A stretch of 64,000 bases of DNA from an uncultured Actinomycetes bacterium (GCA_963758695.1 CAVWWM010000006.1:77167-141166), one strand, 5' to 3'; positions 41,195 through 52,869 are shown, numbered from the stretch's first letter. Numbers and translations: made by a program. Notes: a model not told the origin generated them from the letters alone.

Positions 41195-42742
41195 GGCGAT
41201 CCACCCCAGCTCAGTCGCACCGTGGTTCCTCCGGGACCGCTTTCACATTGGAGTTGCGCTTCCATCCGCCCCGCCCTCTCCCTCATCCCCATCAATCCAT
41301 AGTGGCCCGTTGGCACCGCCTCAATATCGAATCCCCTTCCACTGTCGCTCACCTGTACCCAACCCCGCTCGAAATCGACGTCCCCTTCGACGCGAACCTT
41401 CTCGGATCCCGAGTGGATCAAAGCATTGCGTATCGCCTCGGTGACGATGGCGGCGACGTCCCCAGCGATCGCCGGTCGCGGCGGCCGGTTCTCCCTCAAA
41501 TCAACAACCACATCGGTTCCGTTCACGGCCCTTGCGGCAGCCTTGAGTACAACCTGGCTGAGGCTCTCGGCACCCGTGCTTCGCAGATCGGCGACGGTGG
41601 CCCTGACCTCCTCCACCAGCATCGATACGTCCGAGCGGAGACGCTCGAGGTTGCCGGCGAGCGTTGGGTCTTCGACACCTTGGACCATGGCGACATCCAA
41701 GGCCAGACCCAGGGAGGCGAGTGATGGACCGATCTCGTCGTGAAGCTCCCTCGCCAGCCGGACCCGTTCTTCCTTGATAGCGTTGCGCGTGATGTCTTGA
41801 AGCAACAGCACGTTGGAGAACCCGAGAGCAAGCGGTCGCAGGAGCTCGACCGTCTGTTCACGCTCTTCTTCGCTCGAGTTCCTCGTCGGTGGCGAGCACC
41901 ACCTCACCGACTGTTGGTCCGCCAAGGGAGAGCGGGATCGCCGTCTCCACCGAATCGACCGTGCTGGGTGCCCGGCGCGCCACCACGACCGGCCCTTGCC
42001 CGCCGAGAAGCGACACAACGGCGCCATTCACCGGAAGTGAGGCTGCGAGGGTATCGAGCACCGATGCTGCCATTGTGATCGGGCTCAACGACGAAGAGTC
42101 GGTGATCGAGGCGAGCTCGGTGAGCAGGCGGTTCGTATCATCGAGTCTCTGCAGTCGTCGTGACGCCTCCTCGGAGGCGGTGGCGTAGGCCTCAGTTTGC
42201 CTCTCCTGATCGATCAGGAGGCGGCGTGCGTAGGAGAAAGCGGCCGCCACAATCAGGTAGAGCCCTGACCAGAGTGCAAGCGGGACCCACTGGTCGATCG
42301 GGCGTGGTTGTTCGATACTCACAGCTTCCGTGAGGACGCCCACCGCCGTCAGCGAAAGTATTGACAGGAATGCCGTGGACATTCCAAGTCGGAGCCCGGC
42401 TGTGGTCGCGCCCAATAGCGAGGGCCCCACGGACAACAGGAGATACGGACTGGTCAACCCACCAGAAAGCCCGACCGCGACCATCACCAACCCCACCCCG
42501 AGAAGTGCAGCAAGTTCCCTTACCAAAGTGCGCTGCAACGCATGCCGCGGGATGACGGTGACCGCCACGACGTAGGCGGTGGCCGCCGCAGCCGCGACAA
42601 GAGTCAACATCATGTCTTCTGAGGGGTTGAGCACGCCGTAGGTGATATCGAATCCCGCTCCGATGAGCAGCGCCACCCACAGAGTGATCCGAGCGAGCCG
42701 GATGCTCCGGTCGCGCCAAGGGTTGGCGGCCACTGTCACCAT
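41191..42742 (-). CDS. Sensor histidine kinase (HisKA_3 / NarX-like), one frameshift near 41900-42000
   Basis: The N-terminal multi-TM sensor is the 41858..42742 ORF. ARELHDEIGPSLASL (H-box) and the HATPase_c motifs (DSGRGFD, GHYGLMGMRERA) are in the 41191..42027 ORF. Confidence 0.8.
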
Positions 42743-42766
42743 GCCATCAGGCTACAGTCCGCGAGG

Positions 42767-43340
42767 GTGGGCCTGAGAGTCAGGATCCTTCTCAGCGGAG
42801 GCATCGGGTCGGGAAAGAGCACTGTCGGCCGGCTCCTGGCCGACCGCGGTGTGCAGGTGATCGACGCTGACCAGGTGGGTCACGAGGTGCTCGGGTCGGG
42901 CGGTAGTGCCGCCGAGGCGGTGGCAATTCGGTGGCCACATGCGGTGACCGACGGCCAAATCGATCGGGCCAAGCTGGCGGCAATCGTATTCCACGATTCA
43001 GATGAGCTCGACACCCTCGAGTCGCTGACCCATCCCGTAATCCGATCTCGGATCGAGCAGATGATCGGTCAGGGCGATGTAGGCCGTCGAGATACCCCTC
43101 CTCACCGACTTCATGGGTGACGGCTGGACGAGGGTGGTTGTCGACGCCCCGCTCGAGACTCGAATCCAGCGCCTCCTGTTCCGGGGCATGTCGCTCCCCG
43201 ACATAGAACGCCGCATGGCCTCGCAACCCTCCTCTGAGGATTGGCTCCATTGGGCCGATCACGTCCTTATCAACGACGTCACCGAATCAGCACTTGCAAC
43301 CCAGATAGACGAGCTCCTCGCTCAGCTGCGCAACCCGTAG
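42767..43340 (+). CDS. coaE: Dephospho-CoA kinase, one frameshift near 43070
   Basis: [35 protein letters not shown] (P-loop) in the 42767 frame; C-terminal [19 protein letters not shown] in the 43113 frame. It sits downstream of rpsA as in Mtb. Confidence 0.8.
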
Positions 43341-43345
43341 CCGCG

Positions 43346-43373
43346 CCTTCCGTCTTCCGCCTTCCGTCTTCCG
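43346..43373. repeat. 2 x 14-nt CCTTCCGTCTTCCG tandem repeat (GACGGAAG family)
   Basis: ccttccgtcttccg ccttccgtcttccg, between the coaE stop and the uvrB promoter. Confidence 0.85.
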
Positions 43374-43393
43374 ACTCGTTCCTTCTCACAAGC

Positions 43394-43416
43394 TTGTCAT
43401 TCGCCCCCGGTATCCT
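43394..43416 (+). promoter_or_regulatory. RecA-NDp-like (PafBC-type) DNA-damage promoter motif upstream of uvrB
   Basis: tTGTCATTC-N8-TATCCT ends 6 nt before the uvrB GTG. A nearly identical 30-nt block lies upstream of uvrA (GCTTGTCATT..CCCGGTA.CCTC). Confidence 0.55.
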
Positions 43417-43422
43417 CAGGAA

Positions 43423-45435
43423 GTGCCGCCGTTCACCGTCCATTCCGAGTTCCGCCCTGCTGGCGATCAGCCCAAGGCGATCGAAGAGCTGGCGGCGGGG
43501 ATCAACCGGGGCGAATCATTCCAGACATTGCTCGGGATAACCGGATCGGGTAAGTCGGCCACCATCGCCTGGACCATCGAGGCGGTGCAGCGTCCCACTC
43601 TGGTCATCGCCCCCAACAAGGCGCTGGCGGCGCAGCTTGCCAACGAGTTCCGTCAGTTCTTCCCCGAGAACCGGGTGGAGTACTTCGTCTCCTACTACGA
43701 CTACTACCAGCCCGAGGCGTACCTCCCGCAGACCGACACCTACATCGAGAAGGACGCCACGATCAACGACGAGATCGACCGGCTCCGCCACGCCGCCACG
43801 TCTGGGCTGCTGGTGCGGGACGACATGATCATCGTGGCTTCGGTCTCATGCATCTACGGCCTGGGCTCGCCCGAGCAGTACTCCGGCCAGCTTCTCCGGT
43901 TGGTCCAGGGCGTCGACTACCCGATGCAGGCGGCGATCCGACGTCTGGTGGACATCGACTACCAGCGGAACGAAATCGCGCTCACCCGGGGTCGGTTCCG
44001 GGTCAGGGGCGACACGCTCGACGTCTTCCCCTCATACGAGGAGACCGTGGTCAGGGTCGAGTACTTCGGCGACACCGTCGACCGGATGCTGCGGATGGAC
44101 CCGGTCACCGGCGAGGTGGTCGAGGAACTGCGCGAGATGTTCGTCTTCCCCGCATCGCACTACGTCACCGCCCGGGATCGGATGGAGAAGGCGATCGTGG
44201 GGATCGAGAGCGAGCTGGTCGAGCGGCTCGCCGAGCTGGAGAGGGCCGGGAAGCTGCTCGAGGCGCAGCGGCTCCGGATGCGCACCAACTACGACCTGGA
44301 GATGCTGCGCGAGGTGGGGAGTTGCTCGGGAATCGAGAACTACAGCCGCTATCTCGACGGACGCTCCCCCGGCGAGGCGCCGTACACGCTCCTCGATTAC
44401 TTCCCCAAGAACTACCTGACCGTTATCGACGAGAGCCACGTGTCGATCCCGCAGATCGGGGGCCAGTACGAGGGGGACCGCAGCCGTAAAGACATGCTCG
44501 TCGAGCATGGGTTCCGCCTGCCGTCGGCGATGGACAACCGACCACTCCGTTTCGACGAGTGGCTGGAGCGGGCCAACCAGGTGGTCTTCCTCTCGGCAAC
44601 CCCGGGGCCGTTCGAGTTGCGACAGACACCCACGGTGGTCGAGCAGATCGTCCGGCCCACCGGCCTGGTCGATCCTGAGGTTGTGGTGCGGCCCACCAAG
44701 GGACAGATCGACGACCTGCTCCACGAGATCAAGGAGAGGGCGGCGAATGATCAGCGGGTGCTGGTTACGACGCTGACCAAGAAGATGGCCGAGGACCTCA
44801 CCGACTACCTGCTCGACATGGGGGTGAGAGCCCGCTACCTCCACTCCGAGATCGACACCTTGGAGCGGGTCCAGATCCTGCGCGAACTGAGGTTGGGCGA
44901 CTTCGACGTCCTCGTCGGGATCAACCTCCTGCGAGAGGGGCTCGACCTACCAGAGGTCTCGCTGGTGGCGATCCTCGACGCCGACAAGGAGGGCTTCCTC
45001 CGCTCCGACACCAGCCTCATCCAGATCATCGGGCGGGCGGCGCGCAACGTCGACGGACAGGTCCTGATGTACGCCGACAAGGTGACCGACTCGATGCAGC
45101 GCGCTATCAACGAGACCAACCGGCGCCGGCACCTCCAGGAGATCTACAACCAGGAGCATGGGATCGACCCGCAGACCATTCGCAAGCGGGTCTCAGACAT
45201 ACTCGAGCTTCTCCAGTCGAACCAGGCTCCGGCCGCCGAACGGAGGCGGCGGGAGGTGGACGTCCGTCGCACCCTCGATCTCGCCGGCGACGACCTGGCC
45301 CGATTGATCCTCAGCCTCGAGGAGGAAATGCACGAGGCGGCGAAAGATCTCCGCTTCGAGTACGCCGCCCGGCTGCGCGACGAGGTCAACGAGCTACGGC
45401 GCGAGATGCGGGACGCCGCCGAGGCAACCAGGTAG
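43423..45435 (+). CDS. uvrB: Excinuclease ABC subunit B, intact
   Basis: [13 protein letters not shown] (Walker A), the helicase motifs, and the C-terminal UVR domain ([30 protein letters not shown]). Confidence 0.95.
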   Translation: MPPFTVHSEFRPAGDQPKAIEELAAGINRGESFQTLLGITGSGKSATIAWTIEAVQRPTLVIAPNKALAAQLANEFRQFFPENRVEYFVSYYDYYQPEAYLPQTDTYIEKDATINDEIDRLRHAATSGLLVRDDMIIVASVSCIYGLGSPEQYSGQLLRLVQGVDYPMQAAIRRLVDIDYQRNEIALTRGRFRVRGDTLDVFPSYEETVVRVEYFGDTVDRMLRMDPVTGEVVEELREMFVFPASHYVTARDRMEKAIVGIESELVERLAELERAGKLLEAQRLRMRTNYDLEMLREVGSCSGIENYSRYLDGRSPGEAPYTLLDYFPKNYLTVIDESHVSIPQIGGQYEGDRSRKDMLVEHGFRLPSAMDNRPLRFDEWLERANQVVFLSATPGPFELRQTPTVVEQIVRPTGLVDPEVVVRPTKGQIDDLLHEIKERAANDQRVLVTTLTKKMAEDLTDYLLDMGVRARYLHSEIDTLERVQILRELRLGDFDVLVGINLLREGLDLPEVSLVAILDADKEGFLRSDTSLIQIIGRAARNVDGQVLMYADKVTDSMQRAINETNRRRHLQEIYNQEHGIDPQTIRKRVSDILELLQSNQAPAAERRRREVDVRRTLDLAGDDLARLILSLEEEMHEAAKDLRFEYAARLRDEVNELRREMRDAAEATR

Positions 45436-45499
45436 TCGCTCACCGCCCCGCTACGACCAAACCCAGGACCGGATCACCTCGGCAGTAACCTCTCTGACG

Positions 45500-46439
45500 G
45501 TGTCGCCGTCTTCCCCCTCCGAACTCGATGTCAGCATCGTGCTTCCCGTGTTCAACGAGTCGGACAACATCGACGACGAGTTGGAGCGGATCCACAAGTC
45601 GATGGACGCCTCGAGTCTCACCTACGAGGTGATCGTGGTCGACGACGGCTCGAGCGACGACTCCGCCGAGCGGTTGGTGGGTCGGGAAGACATCCGGTTG
45701 ATCAGGTTCGCCCAAAATCGGGGGACAGGGTCGGCGCGGAAGTTCGGCTCGATGAGCGCTCGGGGCCGGGTGGTGGTGTGGACCGACGTCGACATGACCT
45801 ACCCCAACGACCAGATACCCGAGTTGGTTGGCGAGCTCGACGGTTGGGACCAGGTGGTCGGCGCGCCGGACCTCGGAGCAGGGGACTGTCCGATTTCTCC
45901 GAGCACCGGCGAAATGGTTCATCCGAAAGCTTGCCGGATACCTCGCCGGGGTACGGATACCCGACCTCAACTCGGGGTTCCGCGCCTTCCGGCGGGATGT
46001 CGGCTCCCAGTTCCTCTATCTGCTGCCCCGCGGTTTCTCGTGTGTCACCACCCTCACCATGGCCTTTCTGACCAATGGCTATTCGGTGCGTTACGTCCCC
46101 ATCGACTACTTCCCCCGAAGGGGGGAGTCCAAGTTCCACTGGTGGGCAGACACCAGGCGCTACCTGCTCCAGGTGGTGCGGATGGTCCTGCTCTACGAGC
46201 CGCTCCGGGTCTTCGGACCGCCGGCGGCAGTGCTCGGAGGCATCGGATTCGTAAAGCTGGTCTACGACCTGGTCACCAAGGACTTCAGGGTGGCGGGGAA
46301 CACCTTCGTCTTGCTCGGTCTGGCCGCTCTGCTGGCCCTGGTCGGTCTGCTCGCCGATCTGCTCGTCCAGATCAACAAGCGCCGCCACGACGTGATGCCG
46401 GCCACCATGGATGTGGGAGGCGCCGAGCAGGGCGATTGA
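45500..46439 (+). CDS. GT2-family glycosyltransferase (polyprenol-phosphate mannosyl/glucosyltransferase-like) with C-terminal TM helices; one frameshift near 45860
   Basis: VSIVLPVFNESDNI...YEVIVVDDGSSDDS...VVWTDVDMTYP (GT-A DxD) is in the 45500 frame. The remainder, including two C-terminal TM helices, is in the 45828..46439 frame. Confidence 0.7.
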
Positions 46440-46476
46440 CGAGAGTCGCGAAGACTCGCCAAAGCTGCCTACACGC

Positions 46477-46499
46477 TTGTCATTTCCACCCGGTAACCT
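46477..46499 (+). promoter_or_regulatory. RecA-NDp-like promoter motif upstream of uvrA
   Basis: tTGTCATTT-N8-TAACCT ends 9 nt before the uvrA ATG. It shares GCTTGTCATT...CCCGGTA.CCTC with the uvrB upstream region. Confidence 0.55.
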
Positions 46500-46508
46500 C
46501 GGGCGCCG

Positions 46509-49376
46509 ATGTCCACTGACCAGCTCGTCATCCGGGGAGCCCGCGAGAACAACCTCCAGAACCTGTCGCTGGAGCTGCCACGCGATCGGTTGATCGTGTT
46601 CACCGGAATCTCAGGTTCGGGCAAGTCCAGCCTCGCATTCGACACCATCTACGCCGAAGGGCAGCGGCGCTACGTGGAGAGCCTCTCCGCCTACGCCCGT
46701 CAGTTCCTAGGGCAGATGGACAAACCGGATGTCGACTTCATCGAGGGGCTCTCCCCGGCGATCTCGATCGATCAGAAGACGGCAAGTCGCAACCCACGTT
46801 CAACTGTGGGGACGGTCACCGAGATCCACGACTACCTACGACTGCTCTTCGCCAGGATCGGGATCCCGCATTGCCCGCAGTGCGGTCGAGAGGTGGCCCG
46901 GCAGACCCCTCAACAGATCGTCGACCGGGTGCTCGAATTCTCCGAAGGGACTCGCTTCATGGTCCTCGCTCCGGTGGTGCGAGGGCGCAAAGGGGAGTAC
47001 GAGACGCTCTTGGCGGATCTCGCCCGAGACGGGTTCAGCAGGGCGCGCATCGACGGTGAGATCCACGAGCTCACCGACGACATCAAGCTCGACCGATATG
47101 TCCAGCACACCATCGAGGTTGTGGTCGACCGGCTGGTGCGTCGTGAGGGAATCGAGCGCCGTCTCTCCGACTCACTGGAAACTGCGCTCCACATCGCCGA
47201 CGGCGTGGCCAAAGTGGAGGTGGTCGACGGTCCCACCTTGACCTTCAGCCAGCATCTCGCTTGCGCATACGACGGTACGTCGTTCGAGGAATTGCAGCCG
47301 CGCAACTTCTCATTCAATAGCCCATATGGCGCCTGCCAGGTGTGCCTCGGTATCGGCACCAAGTTCCAGGTCGACCCCGACCTGGTGATTCCCGACCCCG
47401 ACTTGTCGATCGCCGACGGTGCGGTGGTTCCCTGGGCGGGATCCAAGGGTCGTTACTTCCAGCGTCTCCTCGAAGGGGTCGCCGCCACCCTCAGGTTCGA
47501 CATCGACCAGCCGTGGAGCAAGCTGACGGCAAGGGTGAGGCGGGCGGTTCTGGAAGGGACCGGCGAGCGGCCGATCAAGGTTTCCTACACCAACCGGTTC
47601 GGTAGGAGGCGCGAATACACCACCAGCTATGAGGGTGTGCTCCCCTTCCTGCGACGCCGCCACTCCGATGCGGAGAGCGATTCCGCCCGGGAGTACTACC
47701 AGGAGTACATGCGCGAGGTCCCCTGCGACGCCTGCGAGGGGGCCCGGCTCAACCCCATCGCTCTGGCGGTGACCGTGGGCGGGAGCAACATCCACCGTGT
47801 CTCCACCCTCTCGCTCAGCGCCGCCGCACAGTTCTTCGACGACCTGGAACTCGACGAGCGACAACGACACATCGCAGAGCGGGTGCTGAAAGAGATCCGG
47901 GCCCGTCTTCAGTTCCTGCTCGACGTCGGACTCGATTACCTCACCCTGGCCAGGGGAGCCACCAGCCTGGCCGGTGGAGAGGCGCAGCGGATCCGGCTGG
48001 CGACCCAGATCGGGTCGGGCCTCGTCGGGGTGCTCTACATCCTCGACGAACCGTCGATCGGGCTTCACCAGCGCGACAACCAGCGGCTCATCGAGACCCT
48101 CATCCGGCTGCGCGACATGGGCAACACGTTGATCGTGGTGGAGCACGACGAGGACACCATCCGCATCGCCGACCACATCGTCGACATCGGACCGGGGGCG
48201 GGGGAGCACGGGGGCCGGATCGTGGCCGAGGGGAGCCTCGAGGACCTGATCAGCGAGCCGGAATCGATCACCGGCGACTATCTGGCGGGGAGGCGGTCGA
48301 TCCCGGTACCGGCGACCCGTCGCATCGGGATCGGTGGCTCGCTCACCGTGGTCGGAGCCGCGGAGAACAACCTCAAGGGGATGGACGTGGAGTTCCCGCT
48401 GGGGATGCTGGTTGCTGTCACCGGGGTATCGGGGAGCGGGAAATCGTCGTTGGTGAACGACATCCTCTCCAAGGCGCTCCACCACCGTCTCCACCGTGCC
48501 CGGGATCTCCCCGGCAGGCACCGCCGGATTCTCGGTGTGGAGAGGCTCGACAAGGTGATCGACATAGACCAATCGCCGATCGGCCGCACCCCGCGCTCCA
48601 ACCCCGCCACCTACACGGGGGTCTTCGACCAGGTGCGCACGCTGTTCGCATCGACCCCCGAGGCCAAGGCCCGCGGCTACCTACCGGGGCGGTTCTCCTT
48701 CAACGTCAAGGGTGGCCGCTGCGAGGCTTGCATGGGTGACGGGACCATCAAGATCGAAATGCACTTCCTCCCCGACGTCTATGTCCCCTGTGAGGTGTGC
48801 GGCGGCAAGCGGTACAACCGAGACACCCTTCAGATCCTGTGGAAGGGGCACACCATCGCCGAGGTCCTGGCGATGTCGGTCGAGGAGGCACTTGGATTCT
48901 TTGAGAACCAGCCCAAGATCGTTCGGATCCTGCAGACCATCTACGACGTAGGACTCGGCTACATCCGGCTCGGTCAGCCCGCCACCACGCTCTCCGGCGG
49001 GGAGGCACAGCGGATCAAACTGGCCAGCGAGTTGGGGCGGCGGTCGACGGGCCGCACCTTCTACATCCTCGACGAGCCCACCACCGGGCTCCATTTCGAG
49101 GATATCCGCAAGCTGCTCGGTGTCCTGCAGCGCCTCGTCGACGCCGGCAACACAGTGGTGGTCATCGAGCACAACCTCGACGTGGTCAAGTCGGCCGACT
49201 GGGTGATCGACCTCGGCCCAGAGGGCGGTGATGAGGGCGGGGGCGTGGTGGCGGTCGGAACCCCGGAAGAAGTGACCGAGGTGCCAGACAGCTACACGGG
49301 CAAGTTCCTGCGCGAGGTGCTGGGGTTTGCCCGGGAACGGAAAGATCGAGAGCCAAAGGTCGTGGCCGGGGTCTAG
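46509..49376 (+). CDS. uvrA: Excinuclease ABC subunit A, intact 955 aa
   Basis: Two ABC ATPase modules ([23 protein letters not shown]; [15 protein letters not shown]) and zinc-finger cysteines ([13 protein letters not shown]...CEVCGGKRY). Confidence 0.95.
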   Translation: MSTDQLVIRGARENNLQNLSLELPRDRLIVFTGISGSGKSSLAFDTIYAEGQRRYVESLSAYARQFLGQMDKPDVDFIEGLSPAISIDQKTASRNPRSTVGTVTEIHDYLRLLFARIGIPHCPQCGREVARQTPQQIVDRVLEFSEGTRFMVLAPVVRGRKGEYETLLADLARDGFSRARIDGEIHELTDDIKLDRYVQHTIEVVVDRLVRREGIERRLSDSLETALHIADGVAKVEVVDGPTLTFSQHLACAYDGTSFEELQPRNFSFNSPYGACQVCLGIGTKFQVDPDLVIPDPDLSIADGAVVPWAGSKGRYFQRLLEGVAATLRFDIDQPWSKLTARVRRAVLEGTGERPIKVSYTNRFGRRREYTTSYEGVLPFLRRRHSDAESDSAREYYQEYMREVPCDACEGARLNPIALAVTVGGSNIHRVSTLSLSAAAQFFDDLELDERQRHIAERVLKEIRARLQFLLDVGLDYLTLARGATSLAGGEAQRIRLATQIGSGLVGVLYILDEPSIGLHQRDNQRLIETLIRLRDMGNTLIVVEHDEDTIRIADHIVDIGPGAGEHGGRIVAEGSLEDLISEPESITGDYLAGRRSIPVPATRRIGIGGSLTVVGAAENNLKGMDVEFPLGMLVAVTGVSGSGKSSLVNDILSKALHHRLHRARDLPGRHRRILGVERLDKVIDIDQSPIGRTPRSNPATYTGVFDQVRTLFASTPEAKARGYLPGRFSFNVKGGRCEACMGDGTIKIEMHFLPDVYVPCEVCGGKRYNRDTLQILWKGHTIAEVLAMSVEEALGFFENQPKIVRILQTIYDVGLGYIRLGQPATTLSGGEAQRIKLASELGRRSTGRTFYILDEPTTGLHFEDIRKLLGVLQRLVDAGNTVVVIEHNLDVVKSADWVIDLGPEGGDEGGGVVAVGTPEEVTEVPDSYTGKFLREVLGFARERKDREPKVVAGV

Positions 49377-49451
49377 CACCGGCAATCGCCTTCACAACAC
49401 CTCAATCGGACCGCCGCCCGCCTCTCTCGTCCGTAACTAGCGTGCCCCACC

Positions 49452-51458
49452 ATGTCCGACAGGGTGCGGCTGGTTCTCCTCAGCTTCCTGATGCTCTTCG
49501 TGGAGCTGGCGCTGATCCGGTGGAGCGGGGAGAACGTCGTCTACCTGTCGTTCTTCTCCAACTTCGTCCTGCTGGGGAGCTTCCTCGGGATCGGGCTCGG
49601 GTTCCTCTGGGCGGGGCGCCGCCGTCCAATCTTCCAATACGCCCCGCTGCTGCTGGCGGTGTACGTGGTGTTCGTCGCCCTCTTTCCGGCCAAGGTGGAT
49701 CGCACCGGCGCCGGGCTCATCTACTTCGGGGAGTACGAGAGCGTCGGCCTGCCCCCATGGGTCATGCTCCCGCTGATCTTCCTGGCTGTCGCGGCCATCC
49801 TCACCACCATCGCAGACGGGGTCGCCCGCACCTTCGCCAAGTTCGAGCCCCTCCAGGCCTACCGGTTCGACATCCTGGGGAGCATCGCCGGCACGATCGG
49901 GTTCGCCGCGCTTTCATTCTTCGGCGCACCACCGCTGGTGTGGGGGATCGTTGCCGCCGCCCTCCTCGTGTTCCTCCTCGGACGTGGTTGGCTCCAGTGG
50001 GTGCCGGCGGCCGCCATCGTCGCCGCCCTTGCCTGGCAGACATTCCTCCCCGGCCTCTCGTGGTCGCCCTACTACCAGGTGGAGACCAAGGAGTCGGTGC
50101 TGGAGGACGGATCACCGTGGATCCGGATCAACGTCAACGGGATCCCCCACCAGGCCGCATCGACCGTGGAGGCGCGGCGCGAGATCGAACCTCTCTATTT
50201 CCGTCCATACGAACTGCTGCAACCGGATCACCCACTCGACCGGATGCTCATCATCGGCGCCGGGAGCGGAACCGATGTGGCCCTGGCGTTTGAGGAGGGC
50301 GCATCTGCCGTCGACGCCGTCGAGATCGACCCCGAGATCTATCGGATAGGGGAGGCCAAGCACCCCGACCAGCCCTACGACAACCCCGATGTCGATGTCC
50401 ACATCGACGATGGGCGCGCCTTCATGGAGCGGAGCGAAGGCGACTACGACATGATCATCTTCGCCCTGCCCGACTCGCTCACCCTGGTCTCCGGGCAGTC
50501 GGCGCTTCGGTTGGAGAGCTTCCTGTTCACCGAGGAGGCGGTGACCCAGGCGCGGGACCTGCTCGCACCGGGCGGGGTCCTCACCTTCTACAACTACTAC
50601 CGCGAGGAATGGCTCATCGATCGTCTCTCCCGGACGCTCGAGGAGGTGTTTGGCGCCAGCCCCTGTGTCGAGGTGGTGGGCAACGCAGGTGGCCTCGCCA
50701 CGCTGATGGTCTCCACCGACCCCGAGGCCATCGACTGTCCTGCCGAGGCGCAATCCAGGCCGACCGCGGCGGCTCCCGCACCGGTCACCGACGACCGCCC
50801 GTTCCTCTACCTGCGCGAGCCGGGACTCCCCGGGATCTACCTGGCGGCGGTGGCACTGATCCTGCTGGTTTCAGTGGTGGCGGTCCGTGTCGTCTCAGGG
50901 CCGATGAAGGCGATGCTCATCTACCTCGACCTGTTCTTCATGGGAGCAGCCTTCCTCCTCCTCGAGACGAAGAACGTCGTCCAGTTCGCCCTGCTCTTCG
51001 GGACGACCTGGGTGGTGAACGCCCTGGTGTTCACCGGGATCCTCCTCACCGTCTACCTGGCGGTGGAGACCGCCCGGTTGCGACGGCTCCCTCCACCCCC
51101 CGTGTTGTGGGCGCTCCTCTTCGGCGCGCTCGCCGTGGGCTGGCTGATTCCCCCGGAAGCGCTTCTCCAACTGCCGATCGCCCTCAGATGGGTTACGGCG
51201 ACACTCCTCGCCTTCGCCCCGGTGTACCTGGCAAACCTGGTCTTCGCCCAGCGGTTCAAGGACACTGCCTCTTCCACCACTGCCTTCGGTACCAACCTGC
51301 TCGGGGCGATGGTGGGCGGGGTGCTCGAGTATCTGGCCCTGGTGGTCGGGTACAGGTCGCTTCTCGTCCTCGCCGCCGCGCTTTACGCCATGGCCTTTCT
51401 CGCCGGCCGCCGTCACCTGCGCCGGGCGGTCCCGAACCCCGCAACCGCCGCACCATGA
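49452..51458 (+). CDS. Membrane-embedded spermidine-synthase-family protein (polyamine aminopropyltransferase fold with TM domains at both ends), 668 aa
   Basis: ~7 N-terminal TM helices, a central LIIGAGSGTDVALAFEEGASAVDAVEIDPEI...VHIDDGRAF (SpeE/MTase fold) and C-terminal TM helices. Mtb SpeE also carries an N-terminal membrane domain. Confidence 0.65.
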   Translation: MSDRVRLVLLSFLMLFVELALIRWSGENVVYLSFFSNFVLLGSFLGIGLGFLWAGRRRPIFQYAPLLLAVYVVFVALFPAKVDRTGAGLIYFGEYESVGLPPWVMLPLIFLAVAAILTTIADGVARTFAKFEPLQAYRFDILGSIAGTIGFAALSFFGAPPLVWGIVAAALLVFLLGRGWLQWVPAAAIVAALAWQTFLPGLSWSPYYQVETKESVLEDGSPWIRINVNGIPHQAASTVEARREIEPLYFRPYELLQPDHPLDRMLIIGAGSGTDVALAFEEGASAVDAVEIDPEIYRIGEAKHPDQPYDNPDVDVHIDDGRAFMERSEGDYDMIIFALPDSLTLVSGQSALRLESFLFTEEAVTQARDLLAPGGVLTFYNYYREEWLIDRLSRTLEEVFGASPCVEVVGNAGGLATLMVSTDPEAIDCPAEAQSRPTAAAPAPVTDDRPFLYLREPGLPGIYLAAVALILLVSVVAVRVVSGPMKAMLIYLDLFFMGAAFLLLETKNVVQFALLFGTTWVVNALVFTGILLTVYLAVETARLRRLPPPPVLWALLFGALAVGWLIPPEALLQLPIALRWVTATLLAFAPVYLANLVFAQRFKDTASSTTAFGTNLLGAMVGGVLEYLALVVGYRSLLVLAAALYAMAFLAGRRHLRRAVPNPATAAP

Positions 51459-52159
51459 CCGAACCCTCTTGGGAGCGACTCGACTCCTGGTGGCGGGGGG
51501 AATCGGAGCGCGACCCCGAGTACCGGGAGGAGATCTGGCCACTCGTGCTCGAACTGCTCGACCCGGAGCCGGGCCACCGGTATCTCGACCTTGGTTGCGG
51601 TTCGGGCGCGGTCATGGCGGCCTTAGCGCAACGGGGCAGCCGGGTGATCGGGACCGACATATCCCTGCTCCTGCTCAAGGAGGCGGCCGGGTACGGCCCG
51701 GTGGTGCGGGCCCGGTTGCCTGATCTCGGCTGGGTGGCACCGGCCAGTTTCGACGGGGTTTGCCTCTCCCTCGTGCTGGAGCACATCGAGGACGAAACCG
51801 AGCTTCTCGCCCAAGCTGCCGCGGCAGTTCGTGCCGGGGGAGTGCTCGCCGCGGTCCTCAACCATCCGGTCTGGACAGCGCCTGGCTCGTCACCGATGCT
51901 CGATGACGACGGCGAGGTGATGTGGCGTCCCGGTCGCTACTTCTCTCGCGGGTACTCAGACGAACTCGCGGGGGGCGACTCCGTCCGTTTCCACCACCGC
52001 ACCATGGCCGACCTGCTCAACGCGGCGGCGACCGCTGGGTGGATGTTGGAGCGGATGGAGGAGCGCGGCCCCTCCCAGAGCGCGGCGAACAACGACTCCT
52101 TGCTCGCCAAACAGCGCCACTTCCCACGGCTACTCGGAGTGAGGTGGCGCCTGAGATAG
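51455..52159 (+). CDS. Class I SAM-dependent methyltransferase
   Basis: [11 protein letters not shown] (motif I), [16 protein letters not shown] 51455 overlaps the upstream stop (ATGA). Confidence 0.75.
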   Translation: MTEPSWERLDSWWRGESERDPEYREEIWPLVLELLDPEPGHRYLDLGCGSGAVMAALAQRGSRVIGTDISLLLLKEAAGYGPVVRARLPDLGWVAPASFDGVCLSLVLEHIEDETELLAQAAAAVRAGGVLAAVLNHPVWTAPGSSPMLDDDGEVMWRPGRYFSRGYSDELAGGDSVRFHHRTMADLLNAAATAGWMLERMEERGPSQSAANNDSLLAKQRHFPRLLGVRWRLR

Positions 52160-52199
52160 GGCCGTCGGGTTACACCATTGGGTGTATAGTGGTGTAGCC

Positions 52200-52445
52200 A
52201 TGGGCCGGACCAACATAGAGATCGACGACCAGCTGATCACCCGGGTGATGGAGCGGTACGGCGTGCGCACCAAGCGGGAGGCGGTCGACCTCGCGCTGCG
52301 AAGGGCCGCAGGCGAAGCGATGAGCCGCGAGGAGGCCCTGGCGATGCGAGGGACAGGTTGGTCCGGCGATCTCGACGCCATGCGACAGGACCGAATGGAA
52401 CGGCTCTGGGAGATCGATCGCACCAACGATCGGGCCGGATCTTGA
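52200..52445 (+). CDS. vapB: VapB-type antitoxin
   Basis: [36 protein letters not shown] is a canonical VapB (Phd/YefM-like) N-terminus. It is immediately upstream of a PIN-domain gene. Confidence 0.75.
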   Translation: MGRTNIEIDDQLITRVMERYGVRTKREAVDLALRRAAGEAMSREEALAMRGTGWSGDLDAMRQDRMERLWEIDRTNDRAGS

Positions 52446-52837
52446 CCACATTGATCGATACCTCGGCATGGATCGAGTTCCTGCGTGACACGGGTTCGCC
52501 GGTCTGTCAACGGGTCGATGCCTTCATTGGCGATGAGTCGCCCATGGCCACTTGCGACATCGTCATGTTGGAGTTACTCGCCGGAGCGCGGACCAGGGAT
52601 GAGAGCCGGACGCTGGGGCGCTTGCTCAACCGATGCCGGCTGTTCCCGGTTCGCCCGCTATTCGACTATGAAGCCGCCGCCCGAATCTTCCAGGTCTGCC
52701 GCCGATCAGGCATCACCCCGCGTAGCCTGAGCGATTGCCTGGTGGCTGCCGTTGCTGTCCGTAGCGAGGCGCCGCTGCTCCATGCCGACGCCGATTTCGA
52801 TCGCATGGCGCCGGTTATCGGTCTGCAACTGGCCTGA
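52442..52837 (+). CDS. vapC: VapC PIN-domain toxin
   Basis: TTG 52442 overlaps the vapB stop. [16 protein letters not shown]...[12 protein letters not shown]...[30 protein letters not shown] carries the PIN acidic residues. Confidence 0.75.
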   Translation: MTTLIDTSAWIEFLRDTGSPVCQRVDAFIGDESPMATCDIVMLELLAGARTRDESRTLGRLLNRCRLFPVRPLFDYEAAARIFQVCRRSGITPRSLSDCLVAAVAVRSEAPLLHADADFDRMAPVIGLQLA

Positions 52838-52869
52838 CCAGCCTCAACGAGCCAATACCCTCTAGGGCG

